Shown here in pieces: positions 52,182-64,000 of a DNA stretch of 64,000 nt. The stretch is taken from the NCBI GenBank assembly GCA_040954595.2, contig CM082576.2, positions 6,823,129 through 6,887,128 on the forward strand, written 5' to 3'. The position numbers and the translations under genes were made by a program. Source of the stretch: Balanoglossus misakiensis. Its lineage: Eukaryota; Animalia; Hemichordata. Each line of letters opens with the position of its first letter. The first letter of the stretch is position 1. Under the pieces are notes generated by a model that was given only the letters and a program-made list of their open reading frames with translations, was not told where the DNA came from and ran no database searches.

Positions 52182-53341
52182 TTCACCTGCCATACCATAC
52201 AACTGCGCACTTCTCGGTAAACAAAAACACGTCTTTCAACGTTTGGGTTTGATTTCGTTTGCTCTGCCCGGGGGCGCACAACTGTAATGGTATGGAAAGT
52301 AACCGGTTAATCTTACAGTTTCATTCAACCATTTATGGGCAAGCCGTTACCTCCAGTTAACGACTGCGCTCTGTTTTCCACACACCCTTTTCACCAACAC
52401 TTACCTGAGCTTACGATGACTGAGATAATTACGAACGTGCGTGAAATTGTGACTCATGTGACACAGAAATTGTGACCCATTCCGACTAAATATCTTCAGG
52501 GTGAGCGGCGAACATCATTCCCGGCGCTGGAATACGTAAACGATTCTTCCGCATCACTTATAAAATGGATGCGCTGGGATTCACGTGTTTGCTTGTCAAG
52601 CTGTTCCCTCGACGACGCGCACGCACCCGAGTCATCAGATATCACAACGCACACATCGTATAAAGCTTTACTGATGAAAATTTAAATCCGACTGACAACT
52701 GTCGCAGTTTATCATATATCATGCAAACGATCGCACGATAATCGTTCGAGCTGAATTGTGTTTCTTTCGCGAATGGTTAAACAGCATCCATTGATCAAAT
52801 TTACACATAAAAGTGTTGTTTCTTTGCAAAGGAAGGAGACAGAGGATCGTTGGCTACGGTGTAGGTACATTCGCTCTCTTTATGCCAAAAGGAGTTGATC
52901 CTTGACCCGTGATAAACGTAATCCACTAGAGTGTTTGTGTCTCCGGCTGTTGCTATTATTCGTCGAAAATACTACGTCACCAATTCTGCCGCGACGATGT
53001 TAATAGCCGTTTGCGAGTGGTGCGGAAAATTCAAATCACTGACGCGAATCGTAATGGTCCCATAGCATTACATTACATTACATTTGAATTGCAAAAACTG
53101 GGAAATGATAACTAAAGCACAGGAATTCGTTTAAAAATTTTATTGATACAGCAACAGAGGTTAAATACACCGAAGTGTAACAGAACAATTTGGCAACAGT
53201 TGATTACAACTCTGAAAGACAACCGGAACTTGGCAACTCGGGTACATGTGACGTCATTCGCATTCTTCTTCATCTCCACCGACTGGTGGCGGTGTTTCAT
53301 CTTTACCAACAGGTGGCAGTGTTCGCAAAGAACCATCACGC

Positions 53342-55787
53342 CTATATCATTTGCGTGACTAATGCGAAGTAGGTAACAAGTACGCTAATCATCTAGAAAA
53401 CAAATCAATATATAAGATATCGAGATTACGGAATAGTACATCTGAAAGGACAAATATGGTATGAGTCTCATGTTTAATATGTGTAGTATAATTCAGTGTT
53501 CAGCTTTGTTCGTTCAATGCAAAAGCAAAGCACTTCGGGCTGGTGGTCTGAAGGCACTCCGCTAGAGGGCGATCTTCAACATTCTGGAAAAACTATCCAA
53601 AAGTTTATGCTAGTCTCGCACAGAAATCGAAAAATAAGTCTTACCGTCAGAAGCAATTTTTTTGTCACGGGAATAAGGTTCCATATTGTTAGAGCAATGG
53701 GCTCGCCGTTCAACTTTGCAAGAAAAAGGCCGATCTGTAAGACATAACATAACAGGCAGAAAAATTAATATTTTGATGAAACAAAAATATAATTATAACG
53801 CTTCACCGACATCATTAACGATATAGATTTCACTGACAATAATTGCAGTCATACAAGGCTTGCAGGCAAGACCTGTTATTGTACAAATCGCAGTGTATAC
53901 AATAATGAATCAGTTAGGGCCTAGAATCTAGTAGGACAAACCTGTAACATTCTGTGGTTGTCTACGCTGTGTCGAAGAGAAATATCATGTAGGCAGTGTA
54001 CGGCAGAATGTGCCTATGAACGAGAGAAGAGATGGTAAAATGTGATTCCATGCTATGATGGCTGCAACGGGTACTTGTAAGCGGGCACATTGACGTCATC
54101 TACATATATCTATTGTTGTTTGAGGCAGTCAAGGATAAAATTAGAAGTTTTGTTAATCTAGGATACATTTGAAAATATTTCTTTGAAAATCTTTCTATGT
54201 CATCAATCAGGGTTGGTATTTTGCCTCCTGCACCGATTGGCTTGCTCGCCTTAGAGGGCGTAAAAACCACGGTCACTCCACGTTTTGGACTTACGTGGAC
54301 GGCCACCGAATAACCAGATAAATTTTTGCAACACAATGATGACATAAGTTCCAAATAAAGACATCGAGTTAATTTTGGCGGTATCCTCATTATATATACG
54401 ACTCATGAGATTCAAATACATGTATGGTCGCCAATCTCTGTGTTAACTCTTTGGAGAAAAGTTTAAGTGTTCATTTTTGTGAAAACAAGGATTGTTAAAA
54501 CTCTGTAATTCTGTTTTAAAAGGATACCTCATAGACCTCAATCTTTGCAGCAAAAGACTGACAAGTATGGAGGACTTTCATATTTTATTATTATCTGCAT
54601 ACTACGAATATGAATAGCCCCTTTACCTTTTCATTCAAGCAAGCAGCAAACCATGTTATCATAGCGACGTTTACGAAATTGATGAAGAGCCAAAAGACAA
54701 CCAGTGTGGACATGAACGGACTGAAAGGGTATTTGATGATGAGCAGGTGGTACAGCAAGAAACACGCCAACGGTAAATTGGACGCCAAAGCGATCATGTT
54801 GAGGAACGATAAGATGTCGTCTGCGTGCCTGACCGAGCGACTGAGATGTTGGTGCTCTGTGCGGAATGTTTCCAGGTTCGCCAGGTTCCCGTCCCTTATG
54901 TGGCGGGAGAGATTTTTCTCCAACTTTGTGAACTGCCTGCGCAGTTGCAGGGAGATGACGCATGAGAAGGCGATGGGAAACACCCAAGACGCAGAGGCCA
55001 CTATGTATCCGGCGATAACCGGCGCATGTATCGCCGGGTGGTTGCGCAGGTCAAAAGGCGCCAGGAAAATGCTGGTCTCATTGCGGGTCGCCTCCAAAGG
55101 TCCGTACAGAAAAAACGTAATAGCGGACACGTTTAACGAGGCGAAGCCGAGGCAGACGACAAGAAACACCAGGACCCTCTTCCTCAGCCACCGGTAGTCG
55201 ACGCTGAGCCCAAGACAAAGACTGAAGGGGCTTTGGCAGTGTTCCTGAAAATGACGAAAGAAGACGGCAAATTTGGGCGACGCGCTCAGGTAGAAACACA
55301 CGGATGCGTTGATGGCGCACTGCCACAGCCAAACGCTGGACGCGATTTTAGCAATGTAGAACTGCTCGCCCGTCCTTTCCCCAGACCAAAAACTCGACAG
55401 CGACCTGGAGAAGTTAGCCCATCCGAGGAGGATGACGAGCGAAGAGTACAGTGCACACAGACGCTGTTTTGCTTTCCCGCTCTCGTTCCTCTTTTCTGCT
55501 GGCGGGAAATGGTAAAGTCCGAAGATGGCCATACCGACAAGGAGTGGCTTCAGAGCTCTGTACAGCGTCGAAGTCTCTAGACGGTTATTGCCGGCGCGAG
55601 CACCCGTCCCGTTTTGAAAACCATTTTCAATATCCACGTTTGTATCCGACTGCTGGGTAACACCGTTCCTCGCCGTATCGAGATGTGCAACGTAGTTGTT
55701 AACGGCCATGGCGTTCGCGATCACTCGGTCAGACCGAATGTAGCTCGCGTAGTTCGGTTCGTACGGTTTGTCGAAGCCCCCATTCAT
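53342..55787 (-). CDS. Gustatory-receptor-like (Grl / 7TM chemoreceptor ion-channel family) protein A (~457 aa)
   Basis: Exons 55787-54627 (MNGGFDKP...LYRALKPLLVGMAIFGL...FRTEHQHLSRSVRHADD...LNEK), 54013-53942 (AHSAVHCLHDI), 53734-53645 (IGLFLAKLNGEPIALTIWNLIPVTKKLLLT), 53392-53342 (MISVLVTYFALVTQMI*). Multiple hydrophobic helices and three phase-0 introns near the C-terminus. Confidence 0.9.
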
Positions 55788-56518
55788 CTTCAAGATGAAT
55801 GTTGTCCCCGTCGTATACCGCTGAGATTTTAACCGCTGGAAAAACAGACCGGGGTTGAAGATCGAATGCAAGGACCAAACGAAGGTATATAACAGTCAAG
55901 CGGCGTATTGGCGCAGTCGATTAGAGAAGCTTTATTCGTCAAATGGAAAATGATTTGCTGGTCACTACGTGTACATGGCAAATACTACGACCTTTCATTA
56001 CATAACATATTGTGTGGGAGGGATGTGGTTTCAACCAATATCGTTTATGATGCGATAGAAATGAAACAAGTTAATTGGCTGCACCCTCATTCTTGTGAAT
56101 AAATGGTTCCAAGTGCTCAAACACGACAGCGTCTGTTTAGAATATGATTGTAAATAATCACATCTTGCGTCAAATTTTGGATCGTATCCCTTTAAGCATA
56201 TTTCCATCACTGGCCATTAGCATGAATTCTTGGTTCATACGCAATTTGCAAGAAATAACGGTATCGCCACAGAAAATTACAACCCGCGAAAATATAAAAT
56301 CTGCCTACATTTGCATGAACAACTATATAGGAGTGACGAATTAAATTATGAATATCGATTAAGACCATTCAACTCAATGACTATCCTAATTTGTCAATAA
56401 ACTTATACGTGTCTGTGAGCTATGAAATCATTAAACCTTAATTTATCTCATTCGAATACAAAGCAAAATTGACCTCTATGCTCTTACTTCTACAGTGTGA
56501 GAAAAGATGCCCTGCCAA

Positions 56519-57200
56519 TTATTGAAATTGCATCAACAATGTGAAGTATGTAGCGAATAGGCCAGCCACCTGGAATTTAAAAAAAATCAGAAATCATAAG
56601 AATATGCACACGATATTCATATTGGATGTTCAAGGCACCATTTGTTATTGAAAAAAACATGGCGTGTTGGGTATTAATACGTTTCCGTTACGAAATAAAT
56701 AAAGATTGTCCACATTTTGCACGTGGCGGTGAATCATGATAGATGGAGTTCATTCTCTACAGCTAGGTTTCCATGGCTACTTACTGTCAAGATGACCCCC
56801 TTAGTTACAATGACCAGTCCCATTGCGCTTATTCCCACTGCAGGACCTGTCAGCTTACTCAGTAACATGCTCATCTGCAGGAGCAAGAGATTCTGCTGTT
56901 AAAAGTCTTATCTGGGATAGACTTTTCCTTGACTTTCAAGGTGACGTGTTTATGGCAGGGGGGATGAACAGAACACGTTTTGTTTTGCAATGTTTTTGTC
57001 TTAAATTTCATGTCACATGCAGATTCGTCTCTCTAAAGCTTACCTGAAAATGCGAAGCAGTGATTGGTTCTTGTATTCGAACGGAGTGTACAATTCCTAG
57101 TAGTGAGTGGGCCTGTTGGGATAACACAATAAAGTGTTACAAGTGGTCTGATTACAAATGATGATGATGGTGGTGGTGGTGGTGGTAGTGGTGGTGGTGG

Positions 57201-57244
<44 letters not shown>

Positions 57245-58372
57245 GTGATGGTGATGTACCTTATCGTTGACTTCTGCGGAAAACCATGAAATCATGGCCA
57301 CGTTGGCTGCGTGAAACATCGTCCAACAGCAGGTCATGGTCACGGTGCTGGGGCTCCCGACTCTCACGAAGAGAAGTTGATACAAGAGAAACATGGCCAA
57401 GGGGATGTTGGTCAGGTATGCCATAAACGTGAACGCCGAGAACACGGAGTCGGCGATTTCGACGGCTTCGCAGAGGTGGAGGTGACGAATGCGAAAGTGC
57501 TCCAGTTCTTGGACAAACCCGCCGTGGCGCATTACGTCGTCTGAAAAGTTCTTGGCCAACAACTCGAAGTGTTTGATGAGTACCAGGCACATGATGATGA
57601 AGAAGAGGAAGGGGAACAGCCAGGCAGCGGTGCTGTAAGCGTGCACGACCAAAAGAGCGCTGGCCGCCCCGCGGGAATTCCACGGCGCCGTGAACAAACC
57701 CTCGAAGCCAGGGATTTCTGTGCTTATGGTGATGTAAGCGGTGAATGCTACGTTGAAAAGGATGAGCACCCAGCAGGCAATAGTGATGAACACAGCTCTC
57801 TTCGATAGCCATTTGTAAATTGGCGCGTGGGACAACTCACTTGCCTCGAAACCGTCGCAGAACGCGTGCCAGTGGAGAAGAAACCTCGGTAGCTTGGGTG
57901 CATGCATGCAGGCGATGAACATGACGGTAGCGTTAAAGGCACACTGAAATAGCCACGTGCCTACTATAGCCATCAAGTAGATCTGCCCGTCCACTTCGCC
58001 GACAAAGAATCCAGGTATGTACCGCAGGAAATACAACCACAGACAACCCGTGGTGAAAAGATTGTACAGCCAGGCAAAACTACAGCCGAATTTCCACGAA
58101 GGACCCCGGTCGACGCCGGCCATGAGGTGGCCCTGTACGACAAAGTCGGACTGGAGAGTGGGTTCGTGAAATAAACCCAAGATCTTCATGCTTACGATGA
58201 GGGGCCGGAGAGCGCGATACAGGCTAACGTCGCATGCTTTGCGGCGACTTACAGAAGCCCCGCCATCCCTGCTTGCGTCTGCGCTATCTCGGTGCGGACT
58301 CGATGTTTCGCCCGGTCCAACCCACCTTCGCGCCCGTGACTGCACCGCCTGTTCAGTGTCGCCCATCTCCAT
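56519..58372 (-). CDS. Gustatory-receptor-like (Grl) protein B (~440 aa)
   Basis: Exons 58372-57260 (...LYRALRPLIVSMKILGL...FRIRHLHLCEAVEIADS...VNDK), 57112-57044 (AHSLLGIVHS), 56874-56785 (MSMLLSKLTGPAVGISAMGLVIVTKGVILT), 56569-56519 (VAGLFATYFTLLMQFQ*). Canonical TYhhhhhQF TM7 motif. Confidence 0.92.
57158..57256. repeat. Compound (TGA)n/(TGG)n microsatellite in Grl-B intron 1
   Basis: Trinucleotide run begins 3 nt after the donor site (gtacatcaccat... on the minus strand). Confidence 0.95.
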
Positions 58373-59879
58373 TTTGATATCCGTCCTCTTTTAAAATGCT
58401 CTGCTGCGTGTAAAATCTTCTGTAGTGCATAAAACACTTAGTAGTTTTAATAATCTGGAACCAACATCCAATTCTATGACACCATTTCTCCCACAGTCTC
58501 ACGCACAACTGCTGGCAGAATACTGCGCTATATTGTTGCTTTGGTTACGTGTGTCAACCGTACCACAGTCCACACTTGTACCACACCCATTACTTTTCCG
58601 ATCGATGTACTCCAGCCATTTCGATACACAACTCTAATTAAAATCAAACAACATTCGCTAATTAATCACTCTCAGCCGGAGTGTTTGAAAAAAGAGGAAC
58701 CATGTCTACACCATCGATCAGAGCCATTTGTCCATATGACGTTGTTTGCCTACTCGTTTCTTCGTGAAGTGTTTGTCACGTGTATAGACACATGTAAATC
58801 CGACTTTTCGAAAACTGAGTGGTCCGAAACATCAATGTACATGTAATTGACAGAGCTGAATAAAAAACCCGCGAAAAAATGCTTTAATTTTTTATCGGAG
58901 ATAACAATGCGGTTAGTGAAATACGAGAACGCGAAACTTAATCGTCGCGTGTCAGTTGCCTCTTTTGATATCTCGAAAATTTCCTCTCGCGAAAATTTCC
59001 TGGTTTACAGTATTTAGTATAAAAATACGCTGCTGCAAATACAATCCCCAAGCATGGAGATGTTTGCCCAAAGTAACACTTGCATTCAAGACCATTGTGC
59101 TCCTTTCTGTGCCATCTCTCATTCACCATAGTATATAGGCCTACCATTCCGCCATCCTTCAGTCTCCACTCTGTCTTCACAAAATCGTATTGTATACTTT
59201 GGAGCGTCCTTTTTCTCTCCTTTTCTGTTCAAGCTAGTAACTCTTATTTTTAAGTTCTGATTTCAGAAATTTCTTAAATTTGAAAAACGTACAAGTATTC
59301 TGCCAAAGACTGAACAAGTCCCAGATAGCTTGTAGTTATCCGTTCAACATTTTCTTGCATTTATTTGTGAAAAAGAGATTTTTGATGACGATTGTGATGA
59401 GGATTATCCCCAACTCCAATGCTTCATAATGGTTAATTGTTTCGGATATTTCATCAGCTTTATCACAGAACTTCCGGTGTTGGGCTTCACTGGAAAAGCG
59501 TCAGAGCAAATGAGCAATGTTTTTTTTTTTCGAAAAAGAAGACTCGCTTCTGATTTGCTCAAGCCACCTGAATCGCGCGGACTTGCAAATTTCTGTCTCG
59601 TCTTCATCCGGGCATTTTCGTAAAGGATGAGGCCACGCTGTTGCACGCTGCCTGCCTTCAGATGCGGATGCGGAACGCTCAGGTCAACATCAGAGTTTCT
59701 GCGCTGCTCATTTTGCTGTAAAGGCCGCGGTAAGTTGACAAAATTACTCAATTCTTGACCAGGCTCATAGTTAATTGAGGGGAGTTTCGGAAAACCACGT
59801 CACATCATACCATCCAAGTTCTTGGTCCGTGTCGTAAACTACCGGTACTAATGCTGAGGTGAAAGGTCACCTGTAGACA

Positions 59880-59914
59880 TAGCCCGGAGACACAGGCGCT
59901 GTGTCTCCGGGCTA
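59880..59914. mobile_element. 35-bp palindromic mini-transposon with 9-bp target-site duplication (Academ/AcademH-like TAG...CTA termini)
   Basis: TAGCCCGGAGACACAG-gcg-CTGTGTCTCCGGGCTA, flanked by ctgtagaca at 59871-59879 and 59915-59923. Confidence 0.75.
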
Positions 59915-60906
59915 CTGTAGACATGGAAACCAATTCTGGTCCCTTATTGACCTATATCATGAACCTGGTCTGTTTTCTAAAATTTGCTGTAAATCAATGA
60001 GGCACCAATTTTGTGATTGGTTGATTACCGGGTACTCTGCGGTTGCCACAACCAAATATATAAATTGTCCACCAAAGTTTATAGGTGTGTCAGACTGCCA
60101 TAATACGCAAGAGGTAAACTGCAAAGATTTGACTGTTTAGAAATGGCCTATTTACCCGAGTAAATAGATACCTCTAAAAAAACAAGTTAATTTCAAAATC
60201 GAAACGCAAACGGGTAATAGCTCTGTCAAAAGGGAGAATGAATAGAGGGGGTCAATTAATTGTTTCAATTTTTAAAAAAGATACTGTTTGATAACCTAAC
60301 ATGCCTAATGGGAAAACAAACACTCAACAGCTGATGATACATGTAAACTGATGTCCTTAATGATTCAACAATTACATATAATGGAGATCATATAAAGTCA
60401 GGGACGACACAATAAATTATGTAGTCATTCAAAGTCCAACCTGCAAACTGCCATCATTTGACAGCTTGAAAGCTTTTAAAAAATCTTTATTGTAAACATG
60501 CATCACAAAAACGATATTGAACCGTTACAAACTCGGTTTTTAAAAAAAAGCTGTGGTAGTCTTGATATTATCAATGCACGTTCTTTTCACCACACAAAAA
60601 CAGTAAACATGTGATTATCCACTGTGGTTCTGTGGAGGACGGAATGACAATCTTGGAACAAAACGGCTCTGAATTGTCTGTGGTCATTGGCTGTGGTTTA
60701 TGCAATACTGTGTTCACTCAACAAACGTCACATCAAACGTTTTTTTTTTTTTTCAAAAGTAACTCCGCAACAAACGGCAAATTCAGCTGCAAGCCTCTTC
60801 AGTCACTTTTAATGGCCCATCCACACAAGTCTGTTTATTTTACGTTTGTGACGTGTGTCGTTCTCTCCTGACTTTCTTCTCAGTCTTGTGTCGCTGAATC
60901 AAACAC

Positions 60907-62574
60907 CTACTCCACTGGCGGCAGAGATGAGGCTGACTCTCCCGTATTGACTACGTTGCTGGTCGTCTCTGCGCCACCATGCATTTGTGGAGCTGCCTGG
61001 AACCCCTTCTGTTGCAGTTGTGAGTTCGTATTGTCCCAATTATGAGATGATGTTTTTCTTGAAGAGGCCGCTGAGGAGGCGGCTGAGGACGGAGTTGATC
61101 CATACGAGGAGGGAGGGTCAACAGGATGGAAAATGTCCCAAACAAAACTCCCATGACGCTGAAATCAAAGGTAAGACATTAGGAATTTGTTTTTACTGTG
61201 AAACATAAACTTTATGACAACCAATCAACTATTAAACCAGCCAACCAGTCAAGTAATCTGCCTGTCTCTCATGCCTGCTTTGCACTCAATTTCTACGTCA
61301 CATGAACTTTACTCACCTTCCCCCTGGTTGGGTTATTTGTGCCGTGTCTGCTATCATACTGGTGTTCATAGGAAATCTTCTCCACCAATAGTCGAGGCCC
61401 TCTCTTCGATTGCAGGTGGTTGATTGGAACTGTCAAAGTACAAAATGATAAATGTGACACATGACTTAAGATGGAAAAAAATTGTTTGAGCACACCCCTG
61501 TAACATGGACGTGCGAGCGTTCACAACAGCGATCTAATGTTAGTTGTTGTGTCATTAATAAAAGCAAGCAATAAAACTACACAAGTACAGACACAACTCG
61601 CAACCTCTTGCTGAAGACTTGTAGACAAAACTTGGAAAGTTCAGTCAGAGGAGGCACATGCACTCACCTATGCCATTGGCGGCATGGATGTTTGGATTAC
61701 ATCCGTGCCTTGTCAAGCCACTTGGTGTAGACTCGTGATCATAGCCGTAGTCTTTCCTCATGGTTGAGTCCTTGGCATAAGGTGGTTTCTGCAACGGCTC
61801 TTTGGATGTTCTCGATGGCCACCAGTCATTCTGTTCTTGCCTGGTTATTTTAGTGTCCACAAAACAGATTGGGTCGTTCAACAATGCGACATCTTGTCTG
61901 AGAAATCCCACGTCGCCCGGATGAGGGTTGTTCTTTCGAGATGGTGATAGTGGTCTTTGAGGTACGGTCCTTCTTTGTCGACCCTGGTGCGTTGCGTTGT
62001 AATGTGTTTGTCCCGTGGAGATGGAGTTATCGCTGTCTGCGTTGAATACTCGACGAGAGTCTGGGCTAAAAGAGTTAATTGACAATAAACCAGAGAGTGG
62101 TTAAAAAATGTCATATGTAATTGCTAAAATTGCAATAAATAAATAAAAAGTAAGAATTCGTCAAATTGAACTTCCTTAATCTGATATAGATATCTCTTTA
62201 GTGCATATCCTCAATTTTATGTTCTGCACAACGAAACTTCAAAGTGATGGGCGGGGTCAAAGTTCACTCGTACTTCATTAGCAATTTACTGTCTTGTGCA
62301 GACTGAGTCACGGACAGTTATGTTATGACATGGGCGTACTAGAGATGGTTATACCAGCAGTCCATAGAGGGATTGTGGTTATAGCAAATGAAGAAAAGAA
62401 CTCTTTGTTTACACAATACACATGGTTTTGTAAATTCGAGCATCCCTGCCTGTCCGTCGATCAGAACGTAAAAACACCTGTTAAAATTGAGGTTCTGTAA
62501 CGTATACCCAGACTTTTGTAATAGGATTACCTGTAATGTTCATCAACTCTCTTCTTCCTTGTTATTGGTGGCAT
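60907..62574 (-). CDS. CIMIP6: C2orf73 / CIMIP6-like ciliary microtubule inner protein
   Basis: Exons 62574-62531 (MPPITRKKRVDEHY), 62065-61668 (NNPHP..FL...LLNDPI...QNDWWP...PPYAKDSTMRKDY...GI), 61429-61317 (VP...EKISYEHQYDSR..NNPTRGK), 61158-60907 (RHGSFVW...VE*). Motifs match my recollection of C2orf73 (NNPQP, PPYD..STQR.DF, ISF.HQYD.R...EP..GKRHGAFV). Confidence 0.82.
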
Positions 62575-62801
62575 GTATAAAGTCATCTTAACAAAATAAA
62601 CAACCTCCTCACACGAGGAGACAACAACAGCAGCAAGAACCTGTCTGTCTCTATGTCAGATTTCCACACGCACTTCCGCCATATTTTGTTGACGCGTGTT
62701 GCCATAGCTTCCTCTCTAATGTTTAACTTGGGCGGGCGTGCTATTTTTCTTTCGTTTTCCTTCTTGGGCACACGAGGGCGCTTCCATCATTTCATTCCAA
62801 G
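62575..62801. promoter_or_regulatory. Compact bidirectional promoter / 5' UTR region between the CIMIP6-like gene and eIF3K
   Basis: Divergent start codons are separated by 227 bp. The region contains CACTTCCGCCATATT (ETS/YY1-like), X-box-like GTTGCCATAGCTTC (62698-62711) and CAAGATGGCGG (YY1-like, overlapping the eIF3K ATG). Confidence 0.6.
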
Positions 62802-64000
62802 ATGGCGGATCACTTGTCCATGCGGCGAAATGTGGCTTCTCTTTTGAAAGGGATAGACAGGTATATAAGTCCCCTTGTGTCTATATGTTATCCGGCACTA
62901 CCTAACTTGTGCACGACTTCGATAAATACATATTGACGGCGTTGAATGTGTGTCGTGAAACTCTGGTCACCGTCGATATGGTAGCCTTGCTTGGAAGCTG
63001 ACAGCAGGCATGGGCAGGCAGCTGCAGATTGCTTGCTGTGGTTCTCCATGCATTAGCCCTATGGAACCACAGCAACCCCATTGATTCATTGACTAGCAGC
63101 ACTCGAACTATTATCATAGTCGATTAGAGCTGCAGTTCAGTAGCTCTAGGAATTTACTCCCTCTGTGATCAACTCAGCAGCAGTTCAGTAGCTGGAGGTT
63201 TTGCCTGATGGATTGTGTCAACTAGTCAAATTTTCAATACATGAACATGTCCAACTGCTGGTATTTTTCTTTGCAGATACAACCCAGAAAATCTTGGAAA
63301 TCTAGAGCGGTATGTAGAAATGCAATCAAAGGAAAATATCTATGACTTGGAAGCCAATTTAGCTGTCTTAAAGCTGTGAGTATACAAAAACTTACCTGAG
63401 GAGTGACGGGTAGGGAGAACAACGATTATCTGCTGAACTGCAATAGGATCAATCATGATGGTCACTCCACAAAATGTGTGCAAGATGACTTGAAAACGTG
63501 TGAATTTGGGTTTTATTTCATCTCAGAAACTGTATTTACATATTGCTTTACATGTTCGTGCTGAGATATCGAAATTCATCTGTAGCAATTGAAGGGGGTT
63601 AACCATTGATTTTGTTCATCTGTTCTGATTTCAGGTACCAGTTCAACCCTGGGTTCTTCCAGTTAAACATATCAACGCAGATTCTACTGAAAGCCCTCAC
63701 AAATCTACCGCACACAGACTTTGTTCTCTGCAAGTGTCTAATTGATGATCTGCATGTATCCTTTGCAATATACTTCACTATCATATCCGTTTAAGCTTGA
63801 TTTTTGCGCAAAGGGCCTGGTAAACTGAACTTGGCATCAGGAAATAAAGAAAGGTAGTGTGACCAAAACACGGAGAGAAAATAAAATGAAATCAATCAGG
63901 GAGAAACCACTGCTGCCAGTACCACTAGTGGCAACACCACCACTCCAAGAATTGATTCTATGTTCATGCTTAAATTTTTCTTGACAAGATAACAGCAACA
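62802..64000 (+). CDS. EIF3K: Eukaryotic translation initiation factor 3 subunit K, 3'-partial
   Basis: Exons 62802-62860 ([20 protein letters not shown]), 63277-63375 ([33 protein letters not shown]), 63635-63755 (YQFNP...[23 protein letters not shown]). Exon 4 probably starts at 63996 and runs off the window. Confidence 0.97.
63756..63995 (+). other. U12-type (minor spliceosome) GT-AG intron in eIF3K
   Basis: 5' splice site GTATCCTTT (63756-63764); branch-like TTTCTTGAC (63977-63985) about 10 nt before CAG (63993-63995), with no polypyrimidine tract in between. Confidence 0.88.

Noticed and set aside
54610-55197. 195-aa plus-strand ORF and similar ORFs overlapping the Grl, ninjurin and atlastin exons
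   Set aside because: Antisense or shifted-frame shadows of GC-rich real exons, with no recognisable motifs.
55788-55871. ORF-track start of Grl-A at 55871
   Set aside because: That start is a TTG; the first in-frame ATG is at 55787.
57152-57259. Poly-His C-terminus on the 406-aa Grl ORF
   Set aside because: Read-through into an intronic microsatellite. A donor at 57260/57259 and three downstream exons supply the true C-terminus, at the same intron position as in paralog A.
59404-59751. 115-aa minus-strand ORF between Grl-B and the CIMIP6-like gene
   Set aside because: No homology I can recognise and no clear splice framework.

Overview
Eukaryotic, intron-rich, AT-rich genomic DNA from a marine invertebrate. 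An echinoderm or similar deuterostome is my inference from gene content and composition, not proven. Most ORFs in the supplied track are spurious, so I rebuilt gene models by hand from splice sites. In order: (1) the 3' part of an atlastin gene (+); (2) a complete PP2A B56 gamma/delta-type regulatory subunit gene (+, 17 coding exons); (3) a tandem pair of divergent ninjurin-like genes (-), each fused to an ~90-aa N-terminal domain of probable beta-grasp/ubiquitin-like fold on its own exon; (4) a tandem pair of M14A metallocarboxypeptidases (-) sharing a GC-AG intron; (5) a tandem pair of gustatory-receptor-like 7TM genes (-) with three C-terminal phase-0 introns and the TYxxxxxQF motif; (6) a C2orf73/CIMIP6-like ciliary gene (-), head-to-head with (7) eIF3K (+), which contains a complete U12-type intron. 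Several MITEs, mini-transposons and microsatellites are present. The best candidate for an undescribed system is the pair of domain-fused ninjurins.
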